A DNA stretch of 63,247 nt, filler included, from Octopus bimaculoides (GCF_001194135.2; 6 parts of 6 records of this genome joined end to end with filler, not necessarily neighbours in it), one strand, 5' to 3'. Counted from the first letter of the whole stretch, positions 26,451 to 41,450 are shown. Notes: a model not told the origin generated them from the letters alone. Translations and numbers: made by a program.

Positions 26451-26869
26451 TTTGATATGTGTATGTATATATATGGATATATATATTATAGCCTCAGGTT
26501 GACCAAAGCCTTGTGAGTGGATTTCATACACAGAAACTGAAAATGTGTATATTTGTGTGTGTGTGTGTGTGTGTTTGTACCCTCACCATTACTTGACAAC
26601 CGATGTTGCTGTTTACGTTCCCATAATTTAGCAGTTTGGCAGAAGACACTAATAGAATAAGTCCTAGTCTTACAAAGAATAAATCCTGTGGTTGATTTTT
26701 TCGAACAAAGGTAGTGCTCCAGCATGGCCACATTCACATGACTGAAACAAGTAAAACAATAAAAAAACTATGCCATTTTAATCCTGAGCAAGGCCAGGTA
26801 TCTCAGCTAGTATATATATATATCTATATACACTGTGCGTGCATGTTCCATTATAATATCATCATCATC

Positions 26870-27095
26870 ATCATCATCGTTTAACGTCCGCTTTCCATGC
26901 TAGCATGGGTTGGACGATTTGACTGAGGACTGGTGAAACCGGATGGCAACACCAGGCTCCAGTCTGATTTGGCAGAGTTTCTACAGCTGGATGCCCTTCC
27001 TAACGCCAACCACTCAGAGAGTGTAGTGGGTGCTTTTACGTGTCACCCGCACGAAAACGGCCACGCTCGAAATGGTGTCTTTTATGTGCCACCCG
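26870..27095 (-). mobile_element. RTE-tail non-autonomous element
   Basis: Reverse complement of the 19960-20350 family. Confidence 0.85.
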
Positions 27096-27195
27096 NNNNN
27101 NNNNNNNNNNNNNNNNNNNNNNNNNNNNNNNNNNNNNNNTTAATTAATTAANNNNNNNNNNNNNNNNNNNNNNNNNNNNNNNNNNNNNNNNNNNN

Positions 27196-27216
27196 TAGAT
27201 AGATAGATAGATAGAT

Positions 27217-27307
<91 letters not shown>

Positions 27308-27316
27308 CAGATAGAC

Positions 27317-27377
<61 letters not shown>
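27196..27377. repeat. (GATA)n/(GACA)n microsatellite; representative of dozens of (AT)n, (CA)n, (ATT)n, (TTC)n and (GATA)n tracts in the window
   Basis: Directly visible. Most N gaps are flanked by such tracts. Confidence 0.95.
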
Positions 27378-27379
<2 letters not shown>

Positions 27380-27494
27380 AGGAAAATTGACTGCGATAGT
27401 ATTGAATGTAGAATGTTACGAGACATAAGCAATATCACAAGGCATTTTCTCCGAGGCTCTAAAGATTCTGATAGTTCGCTGATAATAATAATTG

Positions 27495-27770
27495 GTTCTA
27501 AATTTTAACAAAATGAGTTTCAATTTTTGGCTTAAGATCAGCAAATATCAGTTTAAAATTTTGGTACAATGGAAGCAAGTTTTGCGGAAGAATGTCATTT
27601 TCATGAACCTCTGTGTTCAAAATGGTACTTGTTTTATCGACCCCGAAAGAATGAAAGACACAGTAGACACAGGCGGAGTATGAACTCAGAACGCCAGGAC
27701 GATCAAAATGCTGCTAAGCATATTGTCCGGCGTGTTCCCCAATTTTTTCATACAGCCAACAATTTCCGTG
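27495..27770 (-). mobile_element. tRNA-derived SINE, family 1
   Basis: Reverse-strand homology to 4669-4892. Confidence 0.65.
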
Positions 27771-28255
27771 ATGTCAGGTACTAGAATACTTCAAAACCAG
27801 AACTTGACTGGTTCTTTTTTAGGTTCTTTATAAGGGTTTCTGGTTGAGGAAAGATATTATTGCTCTGCTACATCAGGCCAATTACCTGACATTTACTTTA
27901 TTTTATCAGCCCTAGAAATGATGAAGGCAAAGCTGATTCCGACGAGATTTGAACTCAAGAAAGTAACAGGCCACAACAAATACCTGAAATCATATTGTCC
28001 GACAGCCTTAGAAATCTGCTTGCTCCTACCAAGTATTTCCGCAGTGGATTTCAAAGTGAATCACTCGTACACTCACCTGATTTCATTTGTGAATATATCT
28101 ATTTTATTTTTGAAGTAAATACGCCGTAAACGCTACTATTGGTCTTAAGGAGATTTTAACGGCCAATGCTTAGCACTAGTCTCCTAGTTACAAGATTAAT
28201 GATATGCATACACGTGTGTGTGTTTATGTATGTGCGTGTGTGCATGTTTGTAAAT

Positions 28256-28287
<32 letters not shown>

Positions 28288-28404
28288 NNNNNNNNNNNNN
28301 NNNNNNNNNNNNNNNNNNNNNNNNNNNNNNNNNNNNNNNNNNNNNNNNNNNNNNNNNNNNNNNNNNNNNNNNNNNNNNNNNNNNNNGTATGTAAATATAT
28401 GTAA

Positions 28405-28447
<43 letters not shown>

Positions 28448-29409
28448 CATACAAATATATATGTATGCAAGTATGTAAATATATGTTAATATACATACAT
28501 ATATGTATATATACATATATATATATACACACACATATAGATGCATGTATATATAAACACACACACGCTCACACTCACACAGATATATATATATATATAT
28601 ATATACGTATAAGTATGTATAATGATATCTCAGACATGATGCTACTATACTGCTAGCAAACTGGCGCATATTATCGGTTACATATTCCCAGATGTTAGGT
28701 GAAGTAAACCAGGTAAATTTAACAGTAGTCTTCGTGAATCGACCAATGTCTCATGCCAGTAGCTTTATTTATTGCATTTTACTTGCGTTGCTAAATTACT
28801 TACGTTGTTAAATCCATTGCCACAGAAAATCAATACTACCATACGAAGCTATTTTTTTCCTTCACTGTAAATCTAAATCTACTCCATTGTATGTTTGTAA
28901 GAAATCCATATCTTATAATAATGCAGAAATAAAGTGAGTCACGGATTTAGCATGAGCCATTCCGGCCGGTGGTAATGTAGAATAGAATATCGAGGTTTTG
29001 TAGCTCGCGAAAGATTTCAATGAATTCTAGTCGCTTCGTATTTTTGATAGATTATTGTTTTCACCTGGAGACGCCATGGATGCATAGAGTCCTTAAGACA
29101 TACATACAAACACACATACGCACATGCACTCGTACAAGCATATACATACACACACATCTACACACACGCTCGTATACAACCATGCACACACACACACACA
29201 CACGGCGCACGCATACTCACACGCACATATATATAGATATATAAATTTAGTGACTAAGCGAGTGAGTGATTTACATCTCATAACATTGGATGTTGAAGAC
29301 CACAGGATAGCGGTTCAATGCAGTTTTCTATTTATTTATCTGTAATATATATATGTGTGTGTGTGTGTGTGTATGTATGTGTGTATGTATGTATGTATGT
29401 ATGTATGTA

Positions 29410-29625
29410 TAAGGTGACAATTTGGCAGAAACGTTAGCACGCCGGGCGAAATACTTAGCGGTATTTCGTCTGTCTTTACGTTCTGAGTTCGAATTCCGCC
29501 GAGGTCGACTTTGTCTTTCATCCTTTCGGGGTCGATAAATTAAGTACCATTTAGCGTGTCTAAATCGACTGTCCTCCTCCCCAAAATGTTTGCCCATTGG
29601 TCTACCCGGGATCGAAGGCAGACTG
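29410..29625 (+). mobile_element. tRNA-derived SINE, family 1
   Basis: aaggtgacaatttggcagaaacgttagcacgccgggcgaaat...gagttcgaattccgccgaggtcgact...ggggtcgataaattaagtacca. Confidence 0.8.
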
Positions 29626-30080
29626 ATAAGCATTACGAAACTAAACTGTACACAGATTCGAACCGCAAGATTTATATTCTAATAGTTTAGCACCAATGCC
29701 TCAAGGCCAAATCCAACTTGATTTTATAGGGCTGAATTTTGATGAAAATCGAGTTAAATGGCCGGTTTATATAATATACAGGAGATACGATTTCAGACGA
29801 AACTATGATGAGAGTAACGCATTATATTACGTTAAATTAATCCTTCACTATTGGCTAAAATAACAGTTCTTTATCGTTGATATTCTCAAAAAAGAAAAAA
29901 AAAGCAAACATGAGGAATAATTACCGATCGAAATAGTAGTATTATAGAAGATTGGTTCCATAATTGACCAGCATAATAAAAGGTCAGTTTTATTTTGTGG
30001 TAGGGGTGTGGGTCTCCGATAAAACTATGGCAGGTGTTTTATTACTTGTGTTCATTATCATCTTACAGTAAACGACAGAT

Positions 30081-30118
<38 letters not shown>

Positions 30119-32078
30119 CACAATGAAGCTAATATCTGTCATCCATCTGTTTCTTTTTTTCTTTTTCTTATTTCTTTTTTTTTTTTTCATTTTGGTACGT
30201 GGAGGGTAATTGATGTTATGAACAGGGCGAACGCTGAAACGTTAAAAAATAAATAGCTTAATCGGAATGCTAAGTAAAAAGGAAACGTTTTTCAGTGTTA
30301 AAAGGAAAGTCATATCTTGAATCTACATAACCTTCATCACTCTTTATCTATCAATCTNNNNNNNNNNNNNNNNNNNNNNNNNNNNNNNNNNNNNNNNNNN
30401 NNNNNNNNNNNNNNNNNNNNNNNNNNNNNNNNNNNNNNNNNNNNNNNNNNNNNNNNNNNNNNNNNNNNNNNNNNNNNNNNNNNNNNNNNNNNNNNNNNNN
30501 NNNNNNNNNNNNNNNNNNNNNNNNNNNNNNNNNNNNNNNNNNNNNNNNNNNNNNNNNNNNNNNNNNNNNNNNNNNNNNNNNNNNNNNNNNNNNNNNNNNN
30601 NNNNNNNNNNNNNNNNNNNNNNNNNNNNNNNNNNNNNNNNNNNNNNNNNNNNNNNNNNNNNNNNNNNNNNNNNNNNNNNNNNNNNNNNNNNNNNNNNNNN
30701 NNNNNNNNNNNNNNNNNNNNNNNNNNNNNNNNNNNNNNNNNNNNNNNNNNNNNNNNNNNNNNNNNNNNNNNNNNNNNNNNNNNNNNNNNNNNNNNNNNNN
30801 NNNNNNNNNNNNNNNNNNNNNNNNNNNNNNNNNNNNNNNNNNNNNNNNNNNNNNNNNNNNNNNNNNNNNNNNNNNNNNNNNNNNNNNNNNNNNNNNNNNN
30901 NNNNNNNNNNNNNNNNNNNNNNNNNNNNNNNNNNNNNNNNNNNNNNNNNNNNNNNNNNNNNNNNNNNNNNNNNNNNNNNNNNNNNNNNNNNNNNNNNNNN
31001 NNNNNNNNNNNNNNNNNNNNNNNNNNNNNNNNNNNNNNNNNNNNNNNNNNNNNNNNNNNNNNNNNNNNNNNNNNNNNNNNNNNNNNNNNNNNNNNNNNNN
31101 NNNNNNNNNNNNNNNNNNNNNNNNNNNNNNNNNNNNNNNNNNNNNNNNNNNNNNNNNNNNNNNNNNNNNNNNNNNNNNNNNNNNNNNNNNNNNNNNNNNN
31201 NNNNNNNNNNNNNNNNNNNNNNNNNNNNNNNNNNNNNNNNNNNNNTATATATATATATAATTTAAATAATATATGAATATATGCATACATATATTACATA
31301 CCTACATATATATGTATATATACATGCATATATGGGTACAGGACATCAAAAAGTGTAGGCAAAATGAGAAACAAAAACATAGAAAGCGAACTGTTTTCGA
31401 ACAACGAAAGAAACAAACAGAGAAACGAGACATGCAACATAAAGAACATTCCCTTCATCAGTTGTCCCCTGTGTTATCTACTCCGCATTTCGAAGGTACA
31501 CATATATAAGAAAAAAAAAACATCACATTGGTATTTCAAAATTTCGTTTTCTAACGGAATTTTCAGAACAATAGCACATTTACTAGTAGGGGTTACTCAA
31601 CACTACAGAATTAATCATGACTGTGACCTCGGGCTCGTACAAATACTTGAGTACTTTTTTCGTACGTATGGAGGTATTCAACGCTATACGTGTCGACGCA
31701 TGTTTAATGTTCCTCGTTACAGAATGTAATGTGGAGCCCTTAAAATTATTGTCATGAAATTAAAGTTTCTTTTCCACAAAGCCACACCTATGTATACATA
31801 TGCCACGTACGAAAAAGCACTTCATTGTTTTTCAATTGTCAAATTGACACATATATCCATTCCACTAAATTCTGTTATCAAATAAAAAGAAAATCAAGAA
31901 AAAAATATACAAAAGTTCATCTAAAATAAACTGCGATGAAAAAAGAAATAATTCAAAAAGGACAAAGAATAAGTAAAATATAGAAACAAGCGCCACCTAG
32001 TGGAACTACAAATATAACCTAATGGCCTCTTTATATTTGTGTCGTATCCACTGGTCTGTGTCCTTAGATATGTTTGTA

Positions 32079-32124
<46 letters not shown>

Positions 32125-32177
32125 NNNNNNNNNNNNNNNNNNNNNNNNNNNNNNNNNNNNNNNNNNNNNNNNNNNNN

Positions 32178-32236
<59 letters not shown>

Positions 32237-32914
32237 CATAGAGCTCCACAAATACGCTTACATACATATTATTCTGCGTATTTCTGTTGGCAATAGTTTT
32301 GTTTTACTACGTTTGTCTCTCACCTTTCCCTCCCCTTATTCCTCCCACTCTCTCGCCCTCTCACCTCTCTCCTCACCCCCCTCTCTTTCTCTTGTTTATT
32401 TGTTCTATTCAGTCCTTATGTTGTGCTCTATTTTTTTTTTTTAGTTCTTTTACTTACTGATTCTTAAATATCATTTTGATTTATTACATTAACTCTTAGT
32501 TTGATTTCCTTTTGTTTTTGTTGTTAACATATATATTTGAACATTAACTCAGTCTGAATATAAGTATAACAAGAAGTCTATCAGTTGAATAATTGTAGCT
32601 AACATAGGCACAAGGCCTGACATTCTGGGGAGAGAGTTTGGTCGATTGCATTAACCCCAGTGCTTGACTGCTACTTACTATATCAATTCTGAATTAAAGA
32701 GAAGCAACGTTGGCATCAGCAAGCTGCTAGAATCGTTCGAATTTCGGAATTGTTAGAATGCGAAATTTCCATCGGCTTCTGACGTTCTGAGTTGAAATTC
32801 CGCTGAATTTAGAATATATTACAATCCATGTTCTGATGATGATATTGCGTCTATTCTTTGTAATAAATTTCTATTGTTTTACCGATAACATGTACTTCCT
32901 GTGTCCCCTATATT

Positions 32915-33160
32915 CTTAACGGTAGTGGTAAGTGACTTAGTGATTAGGGTGTTGGACTCATGATCATAAGATTGTGGTTTCGGTTCCTGGACCGGGCGAC
33001 GCGTTGCGTTCTTGAGCAAAACCCTACATTTCACTCTGCTCCATTCCACTCTGTTGGCAAAAATAAGTAACCCCGCAACGCCCAAGTGGAGAATTCATAC
33101 GCCATGAAAACCGACGAACCAGCCCTTATGAGTCGGTATGACTCGAAAAGGTAACTAACT
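32915..33160 (+). mobile_element. tRNA-derived SINE, third family
   Basis: gacttagtgattagggtgttggactcatgatcataagattgtggtttcggttcctggaccggg (tRNA-like head), followed by ttcttgagcaaaaccctacatttcac. Confidence 0.6.
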
Positions 33161-34539
33161 CCTTTTTGTGTTCTTAATTGAAGTTCACTGCTGTTTTGTT
33201 TTTTTCTACATGCCACCATAGACACGTGAGTTTATCTAAAACCGTTAGCTTCTTTTTCAAACGACGGTGAATCTCAGAGCCTTGTCTTTCACCTGATTAC
33301 CTTCGTCATTACTCGGAGGAGAGACAATTTTTATTTTGAGAACGTTCACATTCCTCATCTGTTTTGGGTGTTTCTGTTGCTCTTCGCCTTTTTAAAAATT
33401 TATTTTTATCCTTTCTCTCCCCTCAGTAATTCCCTCGACATTATCAGTAATTCCCTTTGTAACCATTTGTAACCATTTGTAACTTTGTAACTTCTATTTG
33501 TCACATGGCGATGGAGTAGTGTTCCTAATCACTTCTGTTTAGGGATGGTGGGGTCCCACACATGTATTAAGGACTGCGCACAAGATGGTCTCCTCCACCA
33601 TTTCAGAAACTGTGACCGACTGTGGATAGCAGAAAGCATTTGAATGAGTTTGAATTTTACATGTATAGAAACCTTGTTGTGTACATTGAATGTAAAGTTT
33701 CAAGGTCTTAATTTTAGAACTTTTTACAGGAGATAGTTGAGTTATAGTGAGGTCATTCAAAGTCTTAATAACTGCTTGTTCTTGGCAATGTCACCTGACC
33801 ACATATCACTAAATATTACATCTCTACCGACGACCTGCTCCTATGATACTACAAACGTAACAACTGACTAGGGTCCACATTTTCTCTGATTTCTGTGACA
33901 ATGACCCTTGTGTTCTTCCTTCGAAATACTACGTCACCAGCTTGCAAGCAGGCGTATCTCTTACTGCTTTGATTCACGCTCTCACCCCATCCTCTCTTTT
34001 AATGCTGACACATGTTGTGGCATGTGCTTCTCCTTAACCAATCAAACATATTTCACTTAAAATATCCGGTAAGCGTGTTCCAACTCTTATTGGGATGGAA
34101 GAGAAAACTGAAGTCCTGTGCTCTTCACAGATAAATGTAAGTTTACTTTCAAGTGCTTCCTTAGAGGATATGAATAAAGAAAATAAAGGAAAATATGTGT
34201 TTAGTTTTTACACAGAATTTATGTATCTCCTTTCAAGTCAACGACAATATGTTAACAAACTGGCCATCAATACTTCACACCATACCTACAGAATAATATA
34301 CTGACATTGGAAATGTACAAAATAAAATATTCTCCATCTTTATGTTCTGGATATACATTTAGTAAACTATTTATAACCCAACAAAGCGAACTCAGGATTT
34401 ACCCATCGGGTGAAATGCATTGGGATTGTTTACCTTAGATAAATCCCAGGTTATTTGATGCAGTTAGCCAGAAATTGGATTAACTTGGATTATACTTGAG
34501 TGTTTGAACGGTATTTGCTTAGAGCTTACCCTTATCCAT

Positions 34540-34584
<45 letters not shown>

Positions 34585-34921
34585 NNNNNNNNNNNNNNNN
34601 NNNNNNNNNNNNNNNNNNNNNNNNNNNNNNNNNNNNNNNNNNNNNNNNNNNNNNNNNNNNNNNNNNNNNNNNNNNNNNNNNNNNNNNNNNNNNNNNNNNN
34701 NNNNNNNNNNNNNNNNNNNNNNNNNNNNNNNNNNNNNNNNNNNNNNNNNNNNNNNNNNNNNNNNNNNNNNNNNNNNNNNNNNNNNNNNNNNNNNNNNNNN
34801 NNNNNNNNNNNNNNNNNNNNNNNNNNNNNNNNNNNNNNNNNNNNNNNNNNNNNNNNNNNNNNNNNNNNNNNNNNNNNNNNNNNNNNNNNNNNNNNNNNNN
34901 NNNNNNNNNNNNNNNNNNNNN

Positions 34922-34962
<41 letters not shown>

Positions 34963-35719
34963 ATGTATAAACAACATTGTGTTCATATTTCCATATTGCA
35001 TTTCCATATTACCTGAAAAATCTTAAACTGCATAAGTAATGAAATTAAGTGGTTATGTATATAACAAATGAGAGTTATGAAGTAGAACAAAAAAAAACAA
35101 CAACAACAATAATGATAATAATAATACTAATAATAATAATGATGAGGATAATGATAATAATGTTTCAATTAAGGCATCCTAATTCTATCACAACCACCTT
35201 TAGCACCAACAAAAATGTACAATAAAACATAAATTTACATGAAATAAATATATAAACGTACCTTTTTGTAAATGAAACACTTACATTCAAATAGACATTT
35301 GTGAAGAATGTATTTAAGACGCTATGATTCTAATCACATTTTCATAATTCGTTTATACGCTGTATTGTATTACGACACAGAAATCGTTTTGCTTTCGAAA
35401 TTTTCTTTGTTAATGCTTTCGCTTTTGTTTTTTGTTTTGTCTCCTTTTGTGTTTTTGGTTTTGGTTTTTTTTTCCTATTTTGTTTCTTTTGAATATTTGT
35501 TCGCCCTATTTTTTTTTCGCTTCATTTAATTGCGTCATTCTCCTGTTCCTCGTCGCCATCCGTACCAGCTTCGGCAACATTACGATCATTACGATCATCA
35601 TTATCATTTTCATCTTTCTTAATGACATCTTTTTTTTTTAGTATTTTTATCGTTGTCATATTCAACATTGCGATTCTTTTATTATTCTTATTCTTTTTCT
35701 TCTTCTTCTTCTTCTTCTT

Positions 35720-35750
<31 letters not shown>

Positions 35751-37107
35751 TCCTTCTCCCCCTTCCTCTCCTCCTTCTTCTTCTTCTTCTCCTTCTTCTT
35801 CTTCTTCTTCTTCTTCTCCTCCTTCTTTTTCTTCTTCTTCTTCTTCTTCTTCTTCTTCTTCTTCTTCTTCTTCTTNNNNNNNNNNNNNNNNNNNNNNNNN
35901 NNNNNNNNNNNNNNNNNNNNNNNNNNNNNNNNNNNNNNNNNNNNNNNNNNNNNNNNNNNNNNNNNNNNNNNNNNNNNNNNNNNNNNNNNNNNNNNNNNNN
36001 NNNNNNNNNNNNNNNNNNNNNNNNNNNNNNNNNNNNNNNNNNNNNNNNNNNNNNNNNNNNNNNNNNNNNNNNNNNNNNNNNNNNNNNNNNNNNNNNNNNN
36101 NNNNNNNNNNNNNNNNNNNNNNNNNNNNNNNNNNNNNNNNNNNNNNNNNNNNNNNNNNNNNNNNNNNNNNNNNNNNNNNNNNNNNNNNNNNNNNNNNNNN
36201 NNNNNNNNNNNNNNNNNNNNNNNNNNNNNNNNNNNNNNNNNNNNNNNNNNNNNNNNNNNNNNNNNNNNNNNNNNNNNNNNNNNNNNNNNNNNNNNNNNNN
36301 NNNNNNNNNNNNNNNNNNNNNNNNNNNNNNNNNNNNNNNNNNNNNNNNNNNNNNNNNNNNNNNNNNNTATATATATATATATATGTATATATATATACAC
36401 GAACACAAACATGTATATAGTTATACACATTTATATATGAACATACATGTCCGTACATGTATATAAAGATATGTATACATATTATTTTTGTTCTTTTGTT
36501 GGTGTTATAGTTTTATTGTTATCGTTAACGTCATGGTCGTTGTGGCCAATGTTATTGATGCTTAATTTAATGGTAAAATGTGTAAGGATTCCTGTTAGGT
36601 ATATGCATGTATGTGTATGTATGAGCACGTATATAATGTGGTAGTAATATTGTTTTTGTGATGGTGAAAAAGCATTGAAATACCCTAACACGGGGCTTTC
36701 TTTTCTCATCGACAAGAGTATCAAAATGACATGAGCGACTGAATAACATGTCAAATTCTACGTCACTGAAAATGGCGGCCGATTAAGGGGAACAAAAATG
36801 TTATATTGAAATATAGAACAAAGCAAAAATAGAAAAGGGAAACTTTTCGATAAATGATATTCTTTTTTTTTCATATATAAACAAAATTAAAAAAAAAAAA
36901 TTAAAGCTACATAGGCATAATATGTGCTATGTTTATTTTGGCTATTTCCTCGACTTGCTATTATTTGCTAAAGCTATCGCAGTGAGTGTTGTTCAAGTTA
37001 GTTTTGTTTGAAATGTTTACGAAAAGAAAATAGCAAAATGTCACAAATGCTAAAAATTAGATTGTCGTAGTATGTATCAGGGAACATGGACATATCACGC
37101 ACACACA

Positions 37108-37149
<42 letters not shown>

Positions 37150-38541
37150 NNNNNNNNNNNNNNNNNNNNNNNNNNNNNNNNNNNNNNNNNNNNNNNNNNN
37201 NNNNNNNNNNNNNNNNNNNNNNNNNNNNNNNNNNNNNNNNNNNNNNNNNNNNNNNNNNNNNNNNNNNNNNNNNNNNNNNNNNNNNNNNNNNNNNNNNNNN
37301 NNNNNNNNNNNNNNNNNNNNNNNNNNNNNNNNNNNNNNNNNNNNNNNNNNNNNNNNNNNNNNNNNNNNNNNNNNNNNNNNNNNNNNNNNNNNNNNNNNNN
37401 NNNNNNNNNNNNNNNNNNNNNNNNNNNNNNNNNNNNNNNNNNNNNNNNNNNNNNNNNNNNNNNNNNNNNNNNNNNNNNNNNNNNNNNNNNNNNNNNNNNN
37501 NNNNNNNATGATAGAATATCCATATTTTTCCAGAAATAACAATATACATATATAAAAATATAGCGTTTATTTATAGTACACCCTGTGTTTGAAAACTAAT
37601 AAATGAAGGAAGCAGGTGAACATTTCTTTCCTTTTTCCGTTCAGCTTCTCTCTTTGTACATATTAGCACAAGCAATGTCATGTAAGTTGTATTTGATTAT
37701 GGATAATTACTTCATTTGTAATGAATTTTGTTCTCGTTCATATACCACTAAGTACCAATGAAATTTCGTTTTCTGTCTGGGTCTGCAGGTACCGGCATGT
37801 ATGTAACTGCGAGAAAGTAGCAGGTACGCATGGGTCTGTAAATCTTTTGCGTATGAATACGGGTAATGTACATTATGGTCTCTTCTAGAACGTATTACTA
37901 TATCGTCATTTTGCTATATAACAGAAGCCAGCATTGCATATCATCGAATGATGTATAAAAGCCTACATAGACCATTATTGATTTGTTTTAAGTGACATGA
38001 AAGAAGTACAAATCTAACAATACAAACACGTGTTCCCTATAATAGACTTCTACCGTTCTTTTTCAGAACAGACTTCCTAACCAATGGCAGTCACTCACCA
38101 GTAGCCAATCAAGAATATTTTCCTTCTTTTCCTACTTTTGGTCAAGTCGAAAGATTATTTTGTTTCCTGTTCCCTGGTGTCAATTTTTCTCCAAGCCTGA
38201 CAGAATGTAGTATTGATTCTGACGTGGCCATTCCACTGATGCTTTGCCTTCAAAGAATTACATCTACTGCTTGAAAAGAAACGGTACGCTGATGAAATTA
38301 TGGATAACATCACATGTTTCGTATACACACACATATGTATATATGCACATGCATATGTATCTGTATATATATAATATATATATGCATATACCCACAAATA
38401 TATATGTATGTGTATATATGTATATATATATATATATATATNNNNNNNNNNNNNNNNNNNNNNNNNNNNNNNNNNNNNNNNNNNNTTAATTAATTAANNN
38501 NNNNNNNNNNNNNNNNNNNNNNNNNNNNNNNNNNNNNNNNN

Positions 38542-38582
<41 letters not shown>

Positions 38583-38588
38583 ATAATA

Positions 38589-39838
38589 CCGGTTGTTTAT
38601 AAAGTATTTCTCTGATTCTGAAGTATCATATATTTGTTGCTATTGTAAATTCGACATTTTTGTTGTTGAAGTTTATAAAACTGAAGTCTAAAAGTTCATA
38701 TTTGATTGTTGACATGCGGTTTCTCATTATTTAATAACATTCTTTTTTTTTAGATAAATTTAATAAACTAAGTCGGCAATTATAGTTCAACGAAATTTTA
38801 GAAAAGAATACGGCCGAAATCCCCCATATGTTGAAAGCATCAAGAACTGGTATAACAAATTCAAAGTGATTAGTAGCGTTGGTGACCTGAAAAGAACTGG
38901 CAGGCCACGATCAAAGGAAGAGATTTTGGGTGCTGTGCGTACTGCTTAAGAACGTAGCCCTATGAAATCAACTCGCAGAGTTTCAAGACAACTAGGAGTA
39001 CCACAGCCAACCCTTTTCCCAAACGTATGAAACTGCGTGCATACAAAGTACAAATCGTTCAATCTTTCCAAACGTGCTGCTTTTGGTGAAAAAATAATTC
39101 TTAACAAAATCGATACGAACAATGTCTGTCTTCAGCTTGTTACGTTTTCTGACGAGGCAACTTTTCACATATCAGTAAAGTTAACAAACACAACATAAAT
39201 ATATGGGGATCGGAGAACCCACACGTTGTTATAGAGCACGAAAGAAACAGTTGTAAGGTTAACGTTTAGTACTGCCTAATAAATGAATCTTTCTTTTTTG
39301 CTGAGTGCACCATTTCAGCAAACGTTTACCTGGACACAGTGGAACATTATGCTGTAACTCAGATGGAGGAATTTCAGCCATCCATAAATTTCGAAGAAGA
39401 TGGCGCTCCTCCAGAGTGTGGTATATGTGTCCGTCAGTTTTTGGATAAAACCTTTCCAAACAGGTGGATTGGGAGAGGTGGACCAACACCATGGCCTCCT
39501 TATGTCTGGACATAACCGTCCTAAACTTCTTATTTTTTAGGCGTGTGGAGGGATATTTCAAGGAGAAAGTGTAACTACATCAGTTCATGATCTTCAGTCT
39601 CTGAAGACCAGGATTGCTGAAGCAATCTCATCACTAACAACTGATATGCTTCAGAACACATGGCGTGAAAATGAATATCGATTAGATGTTCTTTGAGTCA
39701 CACAAAGGGCCTATGTGGAAGTTCACTGAATTTCATTTTATGTGAATAAAAACTTCTAGGCAGATGCTATAAGTGTACCAAAAACTGTTTTTGTTCAATA
39801 ATGGTTTGTAATCTGTTAACGACTTTGTAATTACCCTG
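38589..39838 (+). mobile_element. Near full-length decayed Tc1/mariner element of the DD41D (rosa-like) group
   Basis: TA at both ends. Degenerate TIRs: ccggttgtttataaagt..gatt versus cagggtaattacaaagt..gatt. Fragments NWYNKFK..KRTGRPR, FSDEATFH, IWGSENPH, FEEDGAPP, FLDKTFPNRWIGRGGPTPWPP. About 1.25 kb. Confidence 0.85.
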
Positions 39839-41214
39839 TATTTATGTATACACACACACGCGCACATACACACTGTCCCTTACTACTTAATCTACCTTCC
39901 TCTAAATTGAAATTACTGCTATCTTACCCCTCCAATTAGAATATATAGAAATTAAATTCATGTTTGATTCACTAGACTGTTGATTAACAGCCCAGTCAAG
40001 ATGGTATTTCCTTCATCTCCTACTCTTGTATTTGCCCACATCTACAAAATGACTTTCTAAAATAAACTTCCATTATGCAGCTGAGGAGTACATATTCATT
40101 GCACATCTTATGTGGTGTTCTCACTACATAAATAAATGAAGTTTGTACGAAACGTACGTACTGCTATAACCTAATAAATTTTTGTTGCTTTTCTTCAAAT
40201 ATGTATGTATATATATATATGTATGTATGTATGCATATGTATATACATATATACATATTAATGTATGTATTTATGCATTATGTATGTATGGATTATGTAT
40301 GTAGCACACACAAATCTTCTGCGGTTCAAAGTTATGCTTCGATTTTTCAAGAGGCTCCCTATCTCAATCGCAAATTACGAGAAATTTTATCTTGTGAGTT
40401 TGGTATGTATCGCAACGAGATACGAATGTACACTTGTGTAAGTATTAATTTACAGTTATATGTATTGATTCAGAGTATGGGCGTTATGTAAGATTTTTTA
40501 CCCTAAAGTGAGAAATGGGTAATTCGTCCTATATGATATGAGATAACAGACAGTATCAAATAATGAATTATTCTTCCGATTAGAGAAAATCTCCGACAAA
40601 ATATAGCCTTCAGTTTTAGGAATTTATATATCACATTAGTTTGTGATATAGATGATACACTACAAGGAGCAATATGATATCTCAATTGCTCTATGTTCAT
40701 ACATTTCTGAATTTCTTCAATGTTGCTTAAGTGGTGGAACTAAAAAGAAATATTACATACGTGATTCTAAATTACTATATTTACCTTGCTCGCTAGAAAC
40801 TAAATTTTGATAGTCGTCATTGCTTTTGTATACATTTGTTTTGTTCTTTCTCTTTGTATGCACCATCAGAAATGAAGAACAATATAAGAGGGAGCTAGTA
40901 TACATCATGTAGTAAAACGAACAATTCTACTTAATTAAATCTACCTTTTCAATAATTATTCATCATTAAATAATTCATTCTGATCTTGAATTATCTGTTT
41001 TTCAAATACGTGAATATGTCGGTTTGGGAACAACTATTCCAGGTATATGAGACGTGGCGCAAGGTGTTATTTACTGAAGACCTAGAATTCAAAATGCTTG
41101 CAGAAAACATTCTTATATTTTGAAGTTCGACAGCTAAAGCAATCTGAAACGTACTTATGGAAATTACTCACAGCGGGCATGATGCTTTCTATAAAAGAGG
41201 ATATTTCTATGTAA

Positions 41215-41450
41215 TAATGTTGTCACAATATGTTGGATAATATATAATGTTGCGACCTGACAGAATCGTTAACATATCTGACAAAATACTTAACGGCATC
41301 TGGTCAGTCTTTCGTTGAGTTCGAATTCCGCTGAGATTCACTTTGCCTTTCATCATTTCGGGATGAATGAGATAAATACCAGTAAAGCTCTCGAGTTGAT
41401 GTCTTCGACTAGACCTCCTCTTCCGAAATGTCAGGCCTTGCACCTAGAGT
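41215..41450 (-). mobile_element. tRNA-derived SINE, family 1
   Basis: Reverse-strand homology (gcggaattcgaactcaacgaaaga, gcaaagtgaatct). Confidence 0.7.

Noticed and set aside
33470-33950. Possible CR1/L2 3' relic on the minus strand with a short tandem tail
   Set aside because: Similarity is too faint to call without an alignment.
36755-36785. tacgtca + aaaatggcggcc (CRE/YY1-like motifs)
   Set aside because: Short motifs with no linked exon or CpG island; expected by chance.
38099-38288. Minus-strand AG...GTGAGT-bounded segment with kringle-like CQAW (AYRFFSSSRCNSLKAKHQWNGHVRINTTFCQAWRKIDTREQETK*)
   Set aside because: All three frames contain stops before the donor and later kringle motifs are absent. 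It could only be a terminal exon, and RNA-seq would be needed to show that.
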